The notes: generated from the sequence alone by a model not told the origin. Numbered from the stretch's first letter, positions 10,141-20,787 are shown. The stretch: 64,000 nt of DNA from an uncultured virus (IMG/VR IMGVR_UViG_3300020020_000024) (IMGVR_UViG_3300020020_000024), one strand, 5' to 3'. Numbers and translations are program-made.

Positions 10141-10178
10141 AAATACCCTGCCCGAAATACCCTAAATTCATATATTTG
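10141..10178 (+). promoter_or_regulatory. -7 element preceded by a 9-bp direct repeat
   Basis: AAATACCCT at 10141 and 10155; TATATTTG at 10171. Confidence 0.4.
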
Positions 10179-10230
10179 GATATAATTAGCAAATGATTAT
10201 ATTTATATTTAATAATATATTTTCGCCATC

Positions 10231-10947
10231 ATGTTTATAGATAGAGTCACAATTACGGGAGCAGACGATAATACCGATCCTCAGCAACTTTTAGCATTAA
10301 GCCAGCAATATCCTTTTGTGGAGTGGGGAATATTATTCAGTAAATCAAAAATGGGTCAGAGGCGTTATCCAACTCTAGCATGGGTGGACAGGTTTAAATT
10401 ATACAGGATGAATAGCTCTGCTCATTTTTGTGGTTTTTTTGCCGCAGCAGTTATTAATGAAAAAAAATATCACTTAATTCATGAACTTCCGTCTTGTTTC
10501 AAGCGGGTTCAAATTAATTATAACTTTTCAAGCCAACCTGATCATAAATTATTTTCACTAGTTGAGCATTGTAGAAACAATGAACTTCCATCTGTAATAC
10601 TTCAATACAATAATAGTAATGAGAAGGCGATCACGCAGGAAGTATGTGATAAGCAAGCTACATCAAACATTCATTTATTGTATGATTCTTCCGGTGGCCG
10701 GGGCATGGCTATTGGGGAAATAAAACATCCATTTGATAAAAGATATACTGGTTACGCCGGTGGGATAAATAAATCAAATATTGAAGAATTGATTACTGTT
10801 ATATATAGCATGACCGGAAATCATCAACCAGTATGGATAGATATTGAAACTGGGGCCAGAGATAGCAATGATCAGTTCGATTTAAAAACTGTTGACGAAA
10901 TACTAAGCAAACTACTTACTTATAAATTAATCGGAAAAGCAATATGA
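10231..10947 (+). CDS. TrpF-like TIM-barrel protein (phage type)
   Basis: TITGAD, VEWGILFS, RVQIN, LYDSSGGRG, GYAGGI, WIDIETG. Confidence 0.7.
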   Translation: MFIDRVTITGADDNTDPQQLLALSQQYPFVEWGILFSKSKMGQRRYPTLAWVDRFKLYRMNSSAHFCGFFAAAVINEKKYHLIHELPSCFKRVQINYNFSSQPDHKLFSLVEHCRNNELPSVILQYNNSNEKAITQEVCDKQATSNIHLLYDSSGGRGMAIGEIKHPFDKRYTGYAGGINKSNIEELITVIYSMTGNHQPVWIDIETGARDSNDQFDLKTVDEILSKLLTYKLIGKAI

Positions 10948-12338
10948 AACAAAACGATGAATACGATTGGGTGAGATACACAATCGAATACGAGCAGCAG
11001 TTAAGAACAATGATGTCGGAAGGCACAGAGTTCTTTATAACTGATTTTAGTGTCCTTCCAGATAGCCTTGTTTATATGAATAATTTGCATCCAAACTGGA
11101 AAGAGATATACGATACCGTTTATAAACTTCGCCCAGCATCAATTCTTGAATGTGGTTGCGGGGCAGGGTATCATTTAAAAAATATTGATACGCTGTTGCC
11201 TAATACTGATATATCGGGAAGTGATATTGCTCAAGCTCAGTTGGATCTAGCGAACAGATTTTCTAATCTACCTGTTCACATATCCAGGCAGTTGTCAGTA
11301 CATGATTTTACAAAATCTCCTTACCCTGGTCGCAAGTTTGATTTTGTTTTTTGTCATGCAGTAATCATGCACCTGAGTACCGAAAATGCGAAAGCATTTC
11401 TAAGGAACATGGCTGAGTCATCAAATAAATATATCTTTTTGATTGAAGGTGTCGCTAATCATGCTGATTGGTTTGGACTAGTAAGAAGCACACTACCTGA
11501 ATATAAATTTGAGCGACCCGCCAAGCATATAGGTAATGCGATCCTACTTGTAAAAGAAGGTGTGGAAGTGAAAGTAACAGAACCGAAGAAAATAAGTGAG
11601 GTTCATAAATTCGCAAACGGTAAAATATTTGCATTCGATACTGCTGGTCAACAAATGCCAGAGTTTACTGGAGCGTACAATGAAGAAATGAAGGCGGCTA
11701 TTTCCAGGATCATGACAGGAGAAGAAAAATTTACAGGATTTTCGGAAGATGAATTGCCGCAGAAAGAAATATTAATGGTTCAGGAAGCACCCCCAGTTAC
11801 AAATCTTGCACCTGTGGTCAGGATAAAAGCTGTTTATCTTTTTCCTAATAATGAGATTATATGTTTCGATTATGACGATCAGCAAATACCATCACTCAAA
11901 GGAACATACGGAGAGATTATTGACGACGTGAGAAAGGCTGCGGATAAGGAAACTGAATGGAATGGAAAATTTCCCGAACCTTCTTCGCCTAACCCATCAG
12001 ATGCAAAGCCGATCATGGAAATTATTAAAGATGTGGTTGGTAACATGGAGCCTCCTGTAACTATCACAGAAGATGCAAAACAAATAAGTGAATTGATTGA
12101 GAAGGGTGCGCCAGATTCAGAAGTTAAAGAACGGGTTGAAAAATCCGTTACCGAAATGAACGACTTGTCTGCACCGCCAAATCAAAAAAGCATATCATAT
12201 CATGTGGAAAATGAAGGAAGCGACGGGAGTAAAACATTTCGTGACATTAAAACAAATAAATGGTATAGTGAAGCTGAATTGAAGCAATTTTTTAGCGACC
12301 ACGAAATTGATTTGATCAAACATCGTACTATAAATTAA
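10944..12338 (+). CDS. class I SAM methyltransferase with long C-terminal extension
   Basis: ILECGCGAG, GSDI, FDFVFCHAVIMH. Confidence 0.8.
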   Translation: MKQNDEYDWVRYTIEYEQQLRTMMSEGTEFFITDFSVLPDSLVYMNNLHPNWKEIYDTVYKLRPASILECGCGAGYHLKNIDTLLPNTDISGSDIAQAQLDLANRFSNLPVHISRQLSVHDFTKSPYPGRKFDFVFCHAVIMHLSTENAKAFLRNMAESSNKYIFLIEGVANHADWFGLVRSTLPEYKFERPAKHIGNAILLVKEGVEVKVTEPKKISEVHKFANGKIFAFDTAGQQMPEFTGAYNEEMKAAISRIMTGEEKFTGFSEDELPQKEILMVQEAPPVTNLAPVVRIKAVYLFPNNEIICFDYDDQQIPSLKGTYGEIIDDVRKAADKETEWNGKFPEPSSPNPSDAKPIMEIIKDVVGNMEPPVTITEDAKQISELIEKGAPDSEVKERVEKSVTEMNDLSAPPNQKSISYHVENEGSDGSKTFRDIKTNKWYSEAELKQFFSDHEIDLIKHRTIN

Positions 12339-12344
12339 TAGTCT

Positions 12345-12674
12345 ATGGCAAGGATGACAGAAGAAGAATGCGCAAAAGAAGGAATGTCTTATCTTATTTA
12401 TATTGAATGGCAGAACACGATGGATGTTCTTTGGAAATGCTTTCAGAAATTGGATTTTGATAATGTAAAGAATTCAGGAGAAAATACAATTGTCTGGAAT
12501 AATAAGATAACTGGAGTGTGGGAAATAAAAGCACATATGGTTAATGATAAATTTATTCAGGTGGTTGCTTGTAAACAAGGTCGTAGACTAAATACAATAG
12601 AATTGATTGTAGATGATAATATCAATGCTATTGTTATCTGTTTGTTTGCTATTTGTGGAAATATATATCCGTAA
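12345..12674 (+). CDS. hypothetical protein
   Basis: ORF in the gene run. Confidence 0.55.
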   Translation: MARMTEEECAKEGMSYLIYIEWQNTMDVLWKCFQKLDFDNVKNSGENTIVWNNKITGVWEIKAHMVNDKFIQVVACKQGRRLNTIELIVDDNINAIVICLFAICGNIYP

Positions 12675-12676
12675 AA

Positions 12677-13047
12677 TGGACATTGTAGGATTTGCACATA
12701 TTAAAAAAGATGCCAAGAGTGGAATGAGTGCTGTTTCGCTTGATCGGTTTATTGGAAAGGATGTTCGTGTAATGGGGTTTGCATCTGATGGCGGTGTTCT
12801 TGTTGTTGATGACGCAGCAACCGGCTACGCCACGTTTGACAAAGAAGATGTAAAGGCAAAATTTGAATGCTCCATATTCTCAGACATAGTGTGTCCACCA
12901 GGATTAGATTTTCTCGGACAAAGTGCTTATTGGTCAAATTGCATGAACAGAAAAGGGGGCTATAATAAGATGTTATGTAATATGGTAATCCAGGCAAGTT
13001 TAATGAAAGGAAAATTCACCGATGGATTTTTATGGCAATTGCAATAA
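12677..13047 (+). CDS. hypothetical protein
   Basis: Probable ATG at 12677, just after the upstream stop. Confidence 0.55.
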
Positions 13048-13054
13048 TAAATAT

Positions 13055-13510
13055 ATGGCAGAATTATATGAATTAGAAAAGGGCGCAGAAAAGGGTTATC
13101 CGAAAAAATGCCCAATCACAGGACTTGGATATTTTATGGAATTAACATCATTATATGGTAAAGATGTAGTTCCTACTTATGGTGGCCCGTTTGACAGCTA
13201 TACGATTCCTGTTAAGGATGGTGAGTCTGGTGAGTGGGTTAGATATAGATACGATCATGATGCCGGTACTTGGATTGACGGCGGCGAATCGCTTGATGAA
13301 AGAATGATTTTACCTCAGCATAGAAGGAAGGGAGAAATAAAAATAACGCAACAACAAATTAACGAATGGAGGCACAAGGCTGAAAAATGGGATAAACTTA
13401 ATAAACAAATTGGCAAATATTATAATGGGGAGAATAATGAACCGCCTGAAAAAAATGGCGACTTGTGTGATATAGGGGAAGCCGCAGCAACAGCATTCGG
13501 ATATTTATAA
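13055..13510 (+). CDS. hypothetical phage-type protein
   Basis: CPITG..FM, PTYGGPFDSYTIP; probable ATG at 13055. Confidence 0.6.
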   Translation: MAELYELEKGAEKGYPKKCPITGLGYFMELTSLYGKDVVPTYGGPFDSYTIPVKDGESGEWVRYRYDHDAGTWIDGGESLDERMILPQHRRKGEIKITQQQINEWRHKAEKWDKLNKQIGKYYNGENNEPPEKNGDLCDIGEAAATAFGYL

Positions 13511-13521
13511 TTTAGAAATCA

Positions 13522-13689
13522 ATGAAAAGATTATTTAAAACATTAAAAGACTTTTTCTGTAAGATCGGTTTACATAATGACGAATGTGTTGCAACAAACT
13601 ATAATAGCAGGGTTAGGGTTAATGGAAGACTCCCTAAATTTTATCAATGTAAAAACTGCCATCGGCAATCTGGATGGGAAATAAGATAA
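13522..13689 (+). CDS. 55-aa Cys/His protein (not in the ORF track)
   Basis: MKRLFKTLKDFFCKIGLH...QCKNCH fills the gap exactly. Confidence 0.55.
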   Translation: MKRLFKTLKDFFCKIGLHNDECVATNYNSRVRVNGRLPKFYQCKNCHRQSGWEIR

Positions 13690-13714
13690 TTTTAATAATT
13701 TGGAAAAGCAGAAC

Positions 13715-14370
13715 ATGATTAAAGAAAATTCAAGGGATTTCGCAGAGTATCTTTCTGATGTAGTCATTTTAAATGACATTAAAAGTGTTGATGGACTGGT
13801 TAAGCATTTTGAAAGTAACAAGATTAAGATTGCAAACTTTATTAATCATCTTCCGGATAAAATAAAAGACGTTCCACCTGGTTTGATAACTAAGGCCCGG
13901 GATTTCGCAATAAAAAGCCATGCTGCGGTAAGTCATACTATGTTCATCTGGAAATGGCAGATGACTTCGCAGATAAATATCAATGGCTTTTGCCAAAAGA
14001 TAAAGTTCCGGTTGTTCGTGCTGCTACTTGGGGTCATGATCTTATTGAAGATTGCAGGTTGACGTATAATGATGTTAAAAAAGAATTAGGCGAAGAAGTG
14101 GCCGAAATCGTTTTTGCCGTTACTAATGAAAAAGGCAAAACCAGGGCCGAACGAGCAAATAAAATTTATTATGATTACATTCTATACGTTGAGTATGCAA
14201 GGTTTGTAAAATATTGTGATCGGCTGGCTAATGTAAAATATTCTGTTGAGAAGGGAAGCGACATGGTTAAGAAATACAGGAACGAGCAATGGTCATTTAA
14301 GAAAGGTCTTTATTCGGCTGGAAACCCATACACGAAAATGGTTGAAGAAATTGACGAGATGCTGAGATGA
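13715..14370 (+). pseudogene. frameshifted RelA/SpoT-type (MESH1-like) HD hydrolase
   Basis: ARDFAIKSH..V.HT in one frame continues as YVHLEM...WGHDLIED...VKYCDRLAN in the -1 frame at about 13939. Confidence 0.7.
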
Positions 14371-14636
14371 TTAACACAAAAAGAAAAATAAGAGTAAGAG
14401 ACAGTAAGGGGTTTCATTATGAAGTCACGGTTGATCATGCCCCACATCTTGGATTTTCAACAGCGTATTATATGGGTCGTGTTATTGCGCAGGTAGATGA
14501 AGGTAAATTGAGTAAGCCATATAGTGATGATGATCGTGAGTGGGAGAAATACGAAGAAAGCTTGGTGACGTACATGGAAAAAGCCGAGATTGATATTATT
14601 CCAGGCTGCGTAAAATATTTTGATGAAAAAGAATAG
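14367..14636 (+). CDS. hypothetical protein
   Basis: ATGA overlap with the upstream ORF. Confidence 0.55.
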   Translation: MINTKRKIRVRDSKGFHYEVTVDHAPHLGFSTAYYMGRVIAQVDEGKLSKPYSDDDREWEKYEESLVTYMEKAEIDIIPGCVKYFDEKE

Positions 14637-14659
14637 CGAATCAACTAACTAACTGCATT

Positions 14660-15625
14660 ATGTCAGATACATTAATCTTCACCGAAGCGTTTGGTTGCGG
14701 GAAAATATTGAAGGTTGCTCTAAAAAGCTTTCATGAGCATCACAACAGGCATGTTCACATATTGGGAACTCAAAAAGACTTTGATGATCTTGGTGAAATA
14801 AAGGAGCATCCTAATAACATTTTTATTCTTGCTGACTTTCTTGCTGAGAAGTTTAAACGTGGTCACGAAGGTACTGCAGAAGCGTTTGCTCTTGTTCTTT
14901 ATGCGAACAAACTGGCGTCTATTGATATGGTTCTCTCTGAGAGTTATATGAATGTTGTAAATGTGATTCACTTTGACAGCGATGTATATTTTAAAAAGGA
15001 AAGCGTATCGTTAATTGAAAACGCCTTTAATGAAGGATATGATATCGTAGGTAGCAGACGATGTTATAAAAACAATCCTGCTGGTATTGTTGTTGATCCT
15101 TCGCTCTCTGATACTGTCTCAACTTATTTTTTTGGCATTCGCAGAACCGTGATCCCGCAGGAATATGATATGCAAACGTTTTCCAGAATGTGCCAGGGTG
15201 CTTTCAATCCGTTGGGATTTTCTGTTATGGATTTCTTTGATCCTGTAACTTTCGTTTGCTTAAAGAATGGTGCTAAAATAAAATTCATTGATAGCAACCT
15301 GATCGGTGGGCAGGATAAGAACGGAAGCAAAATAAACATGTATGATTCAAACTTGCATTTGGATATGGGGTATCATCTTGCTCATTTCGGCGGCGTTGGC
15401 TCTGGATACGTTTACAATGAAAATCCAGAAGGAAAAAATGTTAGTTATGGTTCATGGGCTATTGGAAGATTGTCTTTATTTAATTTATTGTTTAAATGCG
15501 GGATCAATGTAAATTATCCTTGCGGAGAAACTAAACTAGATCCTGCTGGAAGGTGGGTAAGCGGCGAAGCAGATGCTTATATTACATCACAAATAACACA
15601 AGACCTTTGGGGAATACCAATCTAA
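14660..15625 (+). CDS. putative GT-A fold glycosyltransferase
   Basis: VIHFDSDVYF (DxD), late HFGG, glycan-gene context. Confidence 0.5.
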   Translation: MSDTLIFTEAFGCGKILKVALKSFHEHHNRHVHILGTQKDFDDLGEIKEHPNNIFILADFLAEKFKRGHEGTAEAFALVLYANKLASIDMVLSESYMNVVNVIHFDSDVYFKKESVSLIENAFNEGYDIVGSRRCYKNNPAGIVVDPSLSDTVSTYFFGIRRTVIPQEYDMQTFSRMCQGAFNPLGFSVMDFFDPVTFVCLKNGAKIKFIDSNLIGGQDKNGSKINMYDSNLHLDMGYHLAHFGGVGSGYVYNENPEGKNVSYGSWAIGRLSLFNLLFKCGINVNYPCGETKLDPAGRWVSGEADAYITSQITQDLWGIPI

Positions 15626-15669
15626 AAAGAAACAAAATTGGTTCATTAAAATAATATAAAATAAAAGGT

Positions 15670-15882
15670 ATGAATACGGCATTTTACATTTTTATTGGGT
15701 TTATGGTTTATGCTGCATTAGCAAATCTATTTGTATTAATAACAAGTATTTTTTTTGAACCATTTTATAACAAGCATTTCAATAACGAGGAAAAGTGGCA
15801 AGAGTTGAGAGATGCGATTAAAAATTGTAAAAATGCTGACCATATACCCCAAAGAATGAGTTGGGAGGATATGATGCCATGA
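15670..15882 (+). CDS. small membrane protein
   Basis: Hydrophobic N-terminal helix. Confidence 0.5.
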   Translation: MNTAFYIFIGFMVYAALANLFVLITSIFFEPFYNKHFNNEEKWQELRDAIKNCKNADHIPQRMSWEDMMP

Positions 15883-15937
15883 AACACAAAGACAAAATAG
15901 TTTTTAAGTTGATACAACACCTTTGGGGAATACCAAT

Positions 15938-17047
15938 ATGAAAAAAGCATTAATAACCGGAATTACTGGTCAGGACGGAAGCTACCTTGCCGAACTACTT
16001 CTTGAAAAAGGGTATCAGGTTCATGGTATAATCAGAAGAAGCAGTTCTTTCAATACCGGAAGGATCGAACACTTGATGAATGATAAAGAGATTTACAACA
16101 ATTTATTATTTCTCCATTATGGAGATGTTACAGATTCAAGCAACATTAACAGGCTACTTGAAAAAACACAGCCTGATGAAATATATAACCTGGCCGCACA
16201 ATCGCATGTAAAGGTTTCGTTTGAACTTCCTGAGTACACGGCCCAGGTTGATGCTATCGGTACACTTCGCATTCTTGATGCTATTAAAGAATCAGGAAGT
16301 CAGATAAAATTTTATCAAGCAAGTACGAGTGAGCTTTATGGTGGCTCAGAGGGTACTCCATTTGACGAAAAGACTCCGTTTTATCCCCGCAGTCCTTATG
16401 GGGTTGCAAAGATTTATGGGTATTGGATCGTTGTTAATTATAGGGAAGCATATAATATGTTTGCGTGTAACGGTATTTTGTTTAATCATGAAAGTCCAAG
16501 ACGAGGCGAAACATTTGTTTCAAAGAAAATAACATCAGCTGCGATAAGAATTAAACTTGGTTTGCAGGATAAATTGTATTTAGGCAACCTCGATTCCGTT
16601 AGAGATTGGGGGTATGCCCCTGAATACTGTGAAGGAATGTATCGAATTATGCAACACGATTTTGCTAATGATTATGTACTAGCAACCGGCAGGGCTAATA
16701 CCGTTCGTGAGTTTGCAACAGTAGCATTTAAAATTCTAGGATATGATATTGTTTGGGCTCAGTCAAAGGAGAGAGAATATGCGTTTGATAATAATACGGG
16801 TAAGGTATTGGTTAATGTTGATCCTAAGTTTTACCGACCATCAGATGTTGAATATTTAAAGGGTGATGCGTCAAAAGCGAAACGAGTTTTAGATTGGGAG
16901 GCTAAAACAACATTTGAAAATCTTGTTGAAATCATGATCGCTGCCGATTATGATAAATACAGGCCAAAGAACGAAGGGATACCAGTAATGATTGATCTTA
17001 CTGATGTTGAAAGAAAAAGATTAATAGGAGTTCATAAGAATTCGTAG
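15938..17047 (+). CDS. gmd: GDP-mannose 4,6-dehydratase
   Basis: [52 protein letters not shown]. Confidence 0.97.
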   Translation: MKKALITGITGQDGSYLAELLLEKGYQVHGIIRRSSSFNTGRIEHLMNDKEIYNNLLFLHYGDVTDSSNINRLLEKTQPDEIYNLAAQSHVKVSFELPEYTAQVDAIGTLRILDAIKESGSQIKFYQASTSELYGGSEGTPFDEKTPFYPRSPYGVAKIYGYWIVVNYREAYNMFACNGILFNHESPRRGETFVSKKITSAAIRIKLGLQDKLYLGNLDSVRDWGYAPEYCEGMYRIMQHDFANDYVLATGRANTVREFATVAFKILGYDIVWAQSKEREYAFDNNTGKVLVNVDPKFYRPSDVEYLKGDASKAKRVLDWEAKTTFENLVEIMIAADYDKYRPKNEGIPVMIDLTDVERKRLIGVHKNS

Positions 17048-17055
17048 AAATTTAT

Positions 17056-17754
17056 ATGAATACATACAAACTTTCAAAATGCTTTGCTTGTCACTCAGGT
17101 TATCCCTGTGATAAAAAGAATGCGGCTATACCAAGAAAAAGAAAAAAACAGTTAAAGAAGTTCTATGATCTTGGTTTTATCATTGCCCTATCCGGATTCA
17201 GGGGTTTTATTGGAAATAGCTGTTCTGCTGGTAGTGAATATAAAGAGTATCGCCGTTTATTTAATAATAATAATTATTTCTTTAAGCATAAAGATGCCAT
17301 TGCATTTTTACTCAACTGTACAAAATTTATGTGGTCTGGCGATATCATTCACGATGATAAATTACAACTAGGATTTCATTGGGAGCGTGATAATGGATTA
17401 TATACAACTGAGGGAGTTGAACCTTTTCATTTTAAGCCGCAAACAGATAACGGATGGCAATACGAAGAATTAAAAGAAATACTTAGTAGTATAAAAATTG
17501 ACATTGATACTCTTGAAAATGAAAAACAACTTTTACGGTTAATTGATAAAAAACTAAGAGCCGGAGAATTATTTCTTGTCAGGAATGAGCATGAGTTTTC
17601 TATTCTTAGTGAACAAATTGAAGAAGGCTGGCCTATCAAGAAACCAATAAAAAGAAAGCTCAGGATCATGAAGCGTATAAAAAAGAAAAAATCAAAACCA
17701 ATTAAAAGGTCACCAGCAAAAATGCAGGATGCCGAAGTAGAGTTACCATTTTAA
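17056..17754 (+). CDS. hypothetical protein
   Basis: Basic termini, ends in ELPF. Confidence 0.6.
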   Translation: MNTYKLSKCFACHSGYPCDKKNAAIPRKRKKQLKKFYDLGFIIALSGFRGFIGNSCSAGSEYKEYRRLFNNNNYFFKHKDAIAFLLNCTKFMWSGDIIHDDKLQLGFHWERDNGLYTTEGVEPFHFKPQTDNGWQYEELKEILSSIKIDIDTLENEKQLLRLIDKKLRAGELFLVRNEHEFSILSEQIEEGWPIKKPIKRKLRIMKRIKKKKSKPIKRSPAKMQDAEVELPF

Positions 17755-17755
17755 T

Positions 17756-18346
17756 ATGAAGTATAAATACATACCATATGGTACAAGATGCACATCAGCA
17801 GAAGTGATCTTTGACCTGGGCCTTAGATTCGGATCGCTTCCGTTCGATTGGATTGATTCCCCAATGAGCGGCATTAAGAGTTTCTTTCCAGGAACTAGGG
17901 AAAGAACAGAAGAATTTGTAAGGAATTATTTTAGTGAGGTGCAGCAGCAGCGCCATCCCAATGATAATACCTGGTTTCCACATGACTTTGTAACCAACAC
18001 ACCGGAAGAACGTGAAGATATAATTCAGAAATACATACGGAGATTTTACAGGCTTTTTGATTATCTGCAACAGGGAGACCACGAAATAGTACTACTAAGT
18101 ACAATTGCCATTGTAGGCGATGAATCGCATAGCAGAGGCTACGATAATGCAGTACAATGGATCAGGGCTTGTACTAATAAAAAGGTTCATGCTGTTGTTG
18201 TAAATCTTATAAGCAGGGATTATTGTTCATCAGATAATGATTTTGGATTGCATATTCCGTTTCGTAATGACTGGACTGTATTTAGAACAGAAGTAGCAGA
18301 AAGGCTATTATCAAATCCGCTAACGGAACATCTTTTTAAAAAATAG
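17756..18346 (+). CDS. DUF1796-like putative papain-like cysteine peptidase
   Basis: G.RC, LR..SLPFDW, FPHDF, KYIRRFYRL. Confidence 0.7.
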   Translation: MKYKYIPYGTRCTSAEVIFDLGLRFGSLPFDWIDSPMSGIKSFFPGTRERTEEFVRNYFSEVQQQRHPNDNTWFPHDFVTNTPEEREDIIQKYIRRFYRLFDYLQQGDHEIVLLSTIAIVGDESHSRGYDNAVQWIRACTNKKVHAVVVNLISRDYCSSDNDFGLHIPFRNDWTVFRTEVAERLLSNPLTEHLFKK

Positions 18347-18351
18347 AACCT

Positions 18352-18579
18352 ATGTCAATAAAATCAATCAACAGAATATTTCATCCAGGCGGCACAGATA
18401 TGCCAGCAGTAATAGTTTTTAGCCTTCGGAAGATGAATAAATCAAGATTGAAGGTGCTGACTAAAACAGAAAGAAAGGATATGTTGAGATTTATGAAAGG
18501 GTGTGAAAAAGATCTTAAAAGATTTAATGAGAGTATATTGAAATTTAGTAAAAAGAAAAAGAAGCATGGGCGTTCCTAG
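18352..18579 (+). CDS. small basic protein
   Basis: ORF in the gene run. Confidence 0.45.
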   Translation: MSIKSINRIFHPGGTDMPAVIVFSLRKMNKSRLKVLTKTERKDMLRFMKGCEKDLKRFNESILKFSKKKKKHGRS

Positions 18580-18778
18580 TATTTGGATAGATAGGCCATG
18601 CGAAACAGAAAACCCAATATTCTGGATTTGCTATCACGCTACCATGTTGTTTATACACGGGGCAATGACTTACCAACAGCTTGATGAAATATATGTTCGC
18701 TATACCAATAAATCAATAAAAGATGTTTGTAAAGAAAATAAAAGCGATGTTATTCTTCTGGACAAAGAAGAAGATTGA
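18566..18778 (+). CDS. hypothetical protein
   Basis: ORF in the gene run. Confidence 0.45.
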   Translation: MGVPSIWIDRPCETENPIFWICYHATMLFIHGAMTYQQLDEIYVRYTNKSIKDVCKENKSDVILLDKEED

Positions 18779-19586
18779 AAAAACATTCGCTGAGAAATTG
18801 GCAGAAGCATTGCCGGTAATAATTCAGCATCTGCCTGAAATAAGAAAATTAATGCGTACAAAATCAAATGATGAAATTGCCGAACAGGAATTGACAGGAT
18901 TTAATAGCGATGGTGGCAGGATCGGCAGGATGTATGATTTCGCAAGAAATTTTGACGGATCGTTTGATGTAGGACAAAACCCCTGGGGTATGACTGTTGG
19001 GGGCATTCCATATAATCCTACGGCCCCACAAGCAGAACTACCTGCATCCACATCAGGGGATAAGCCGAAAAAAATAGAAGCAAAACCAAAAGACATAGTT
19101 AATGAAGTTGAAGTGCCTCCGACTCCTATTAATGTTCAAGACCTTGATGAAAAGATTGCCTTGTTAAAAGACAAAAGCAAGCTGGTTAATCAGCGTTATG
19201 TAAACGAGGAATTAAAAGGAGTGATCAAGAAACTTGAAAACAGAAAGCATTATGCAAAGTATGCTGGTTTCTATGAGCAGTTCCCTGTTACCACTTCTGA
19301 GAAGATTGATAAAATGCTAGAGAAGTATGATCTTGTTTTTAAGACAGACGAATTATTTATTCCTTCTTTCCCAAAAGAAGCTATTGATGTAATGAAGGCA
19401 TTTGATGATACGACGAGAGAGATGTCAGGAGAAGGTGCAAACTTTTATGTCATTGCCGAGAATAAAGATTTTAAAGACAAGTATAAAAAGAATGATCCGA
19501 TCCTGCTTGCACAAAGTCCATTCGGATTCTTTTGGTATATACTTGGTGCATGGGATAAGGAGTTGATTTTATTATCTGAATTATAG
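18723..19586 (+). CDS. phage-type hypothetical protein
   Basis: C-terminal DPILLAQSPFGFFWYILGAWD. Confidence 0.7.
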   Translation: MFVKKIKAMLFFWTKKKIEKTFAEKLAEALPVIIQHLPEIRKLMRTKSNDEIAEQELTGFNSDGGRIGRMYDFARNFDGSFDVGQNPWGMTVGGIPYNPTAPQAELPASTSGDKPKKIEAKPKDIVNEVEVPPTPINVQDLDEKIALLKDKSKLVNQRYVNEELKGVIKKLENRKHYAKYAGFYEQFPVTTSEKIDKMLEKYDLVFKTDELFIPSFPKEAIDVMKAFDDTTREMSGEGANFYVIAENKDFKDKYKKNDPILLAQSPFGFFWYILGAWDKELILLSEL

Positions 19587-19608
19587 TATCCTTTAAAAGA
19601 AAATAATT

Positions 19609-19848
19609 ATGGGCAAAATGCCAAAACAAAAACCGTTGCATGAGTTGATGTTACAGGTAGAAGAATTCAACAGGAAACACAATTTCGGAGATGTTGTTCA
19701 GGTACAACAAACCAAGTCTGATCCCTGGCAAGATGTTACAATTAAACATCCTGCTACTATTCTTGGTAATCATACTGCGGTTGGATGGTTTAAGGAACTG
19801 TCCGGTTGTCACAATTTAGATTTTGTAAGAGAAAAACAAAAAGCATGA
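19609..19848 (+). CDS. hypothetical protein
   Basis: ORF in the gene run. Confidence 0.6.
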   Translation: MGKMPKQKPLHELMLQVEEFNRKHNFGDVVQVQQTKSDPWQDVTIKHPATILGNHTAVGWFKELSGCHNLDFVREKQKA

Positions 19849-20177
19849 AATTATTTAATTATAGAATTATTGATGACGAAACATTCTCCCATGAGATATG
19901 TAAGAGGATGGAAACATCTTCTTATGGGATAAAGCTGGCTTATAATCAAAAAAGGGAGTTGGAAGAAATTATAAAATCCCTTCCCTATCGTCACGTAGAG
20001 TTCATAAAAAAGAAAAAGACGAATCCGTTATTTAGAATAACCGCCATTTTCTTTTTGCTGTTTTATCTATTATTATTAATATTTTGGCCGATCAAATGGC
20101 TTGCTACTGGTTGTGGTTATGATTATAAAAGCAAACTCATTCAGTTTTTAAAAAAGTGGGAAAATAAATTATTTTGA
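19845..20177 (+). CDS. membrane protein
   Basis: ATGA overlap; TM segment ITAIFFLLFYLLLLIFW. Confidence 0.55.
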   Translation: MKLFNYRIIDDETFSHEICKRMETSSYGIKLAYNQKRELEEIIKSLPYRHVEFIKKKKTNPLFRITAIFFLLFYLLLLIFWPIKWLATGCGYDYKSKLIQFLKKWENKLF

Positions 20178-20178
20178 T

Positions 20179-20784
20179 ATGAAATTATCATCAGGACAAT
20201 GGAAGGTTTTGTCTCACATGAAAGCAGAGTATGTGTTGCGAAAACTTAATGGGAGATGGTGGCTGCGTAAGGATTTTATTGATAATACAATGAAATCGGA
20301 AACCGTACACCGTCCTACCGCAAAAGTCTTAATTGAACTTGATTTAATTGAAAAGGACGGAAGGCAGGACAAATATAAACATCAAAAATATAGGTTGACC
20401 AAAGCTGCGAAGAAGTTGCCTATTCCAGAATTGCCAGTACATAGGGAGGAACTAAAGTCAACAGGGGTTAAGTTTCAATTGACTTATGTTGTACCATCTG
20501 ACAAGACAGAAAGTTTTGTTCATTTTTTATCAAAAATAAAACAGCTTCTAGATCCTGAGACGATGGGTGATTATAAAAGTAACATCATAGAGCTTCCAAG
20601 ATGGCTTGTTGATGAAATTGAAGAATCGGTCGGGAAGGCATACGAGGTTGGCCACTCTCATGGAATTAATCCAATGCGCCTTGCATTAAATGAAAAGCCG
20701 CAGGATGTTGACAAGGGATGGTTACCGCATTTCAATGAAGTTATTAAGAGTGTTAAAGACTATACTAAAATAAAAAAGAAATAA
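20179..20784 (+). CDS. hypothetical protein
   Basis: 201-aa ORF in the gene run. Confidence 0.6.
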   Translation: MKLSSGQWKVLSHMKAEYVLRKLNGRWWLRKDFIDNTMKSETVHRPTAKVLIELDLIEKDGRQDKYKHQKYRLTKAAKKLPIPELPVHREELKSTGVKFQLTYVVPSDKTESFVHFLSKIKQLLDPETMGDYKSNIIELPRWLVDEIEESVGKAYEVGHSHGINPMRLALNEKPQDVDKGWLPHFNEVIKSVKDYTKIKKK

Positions 20785-20787
20785 GTT

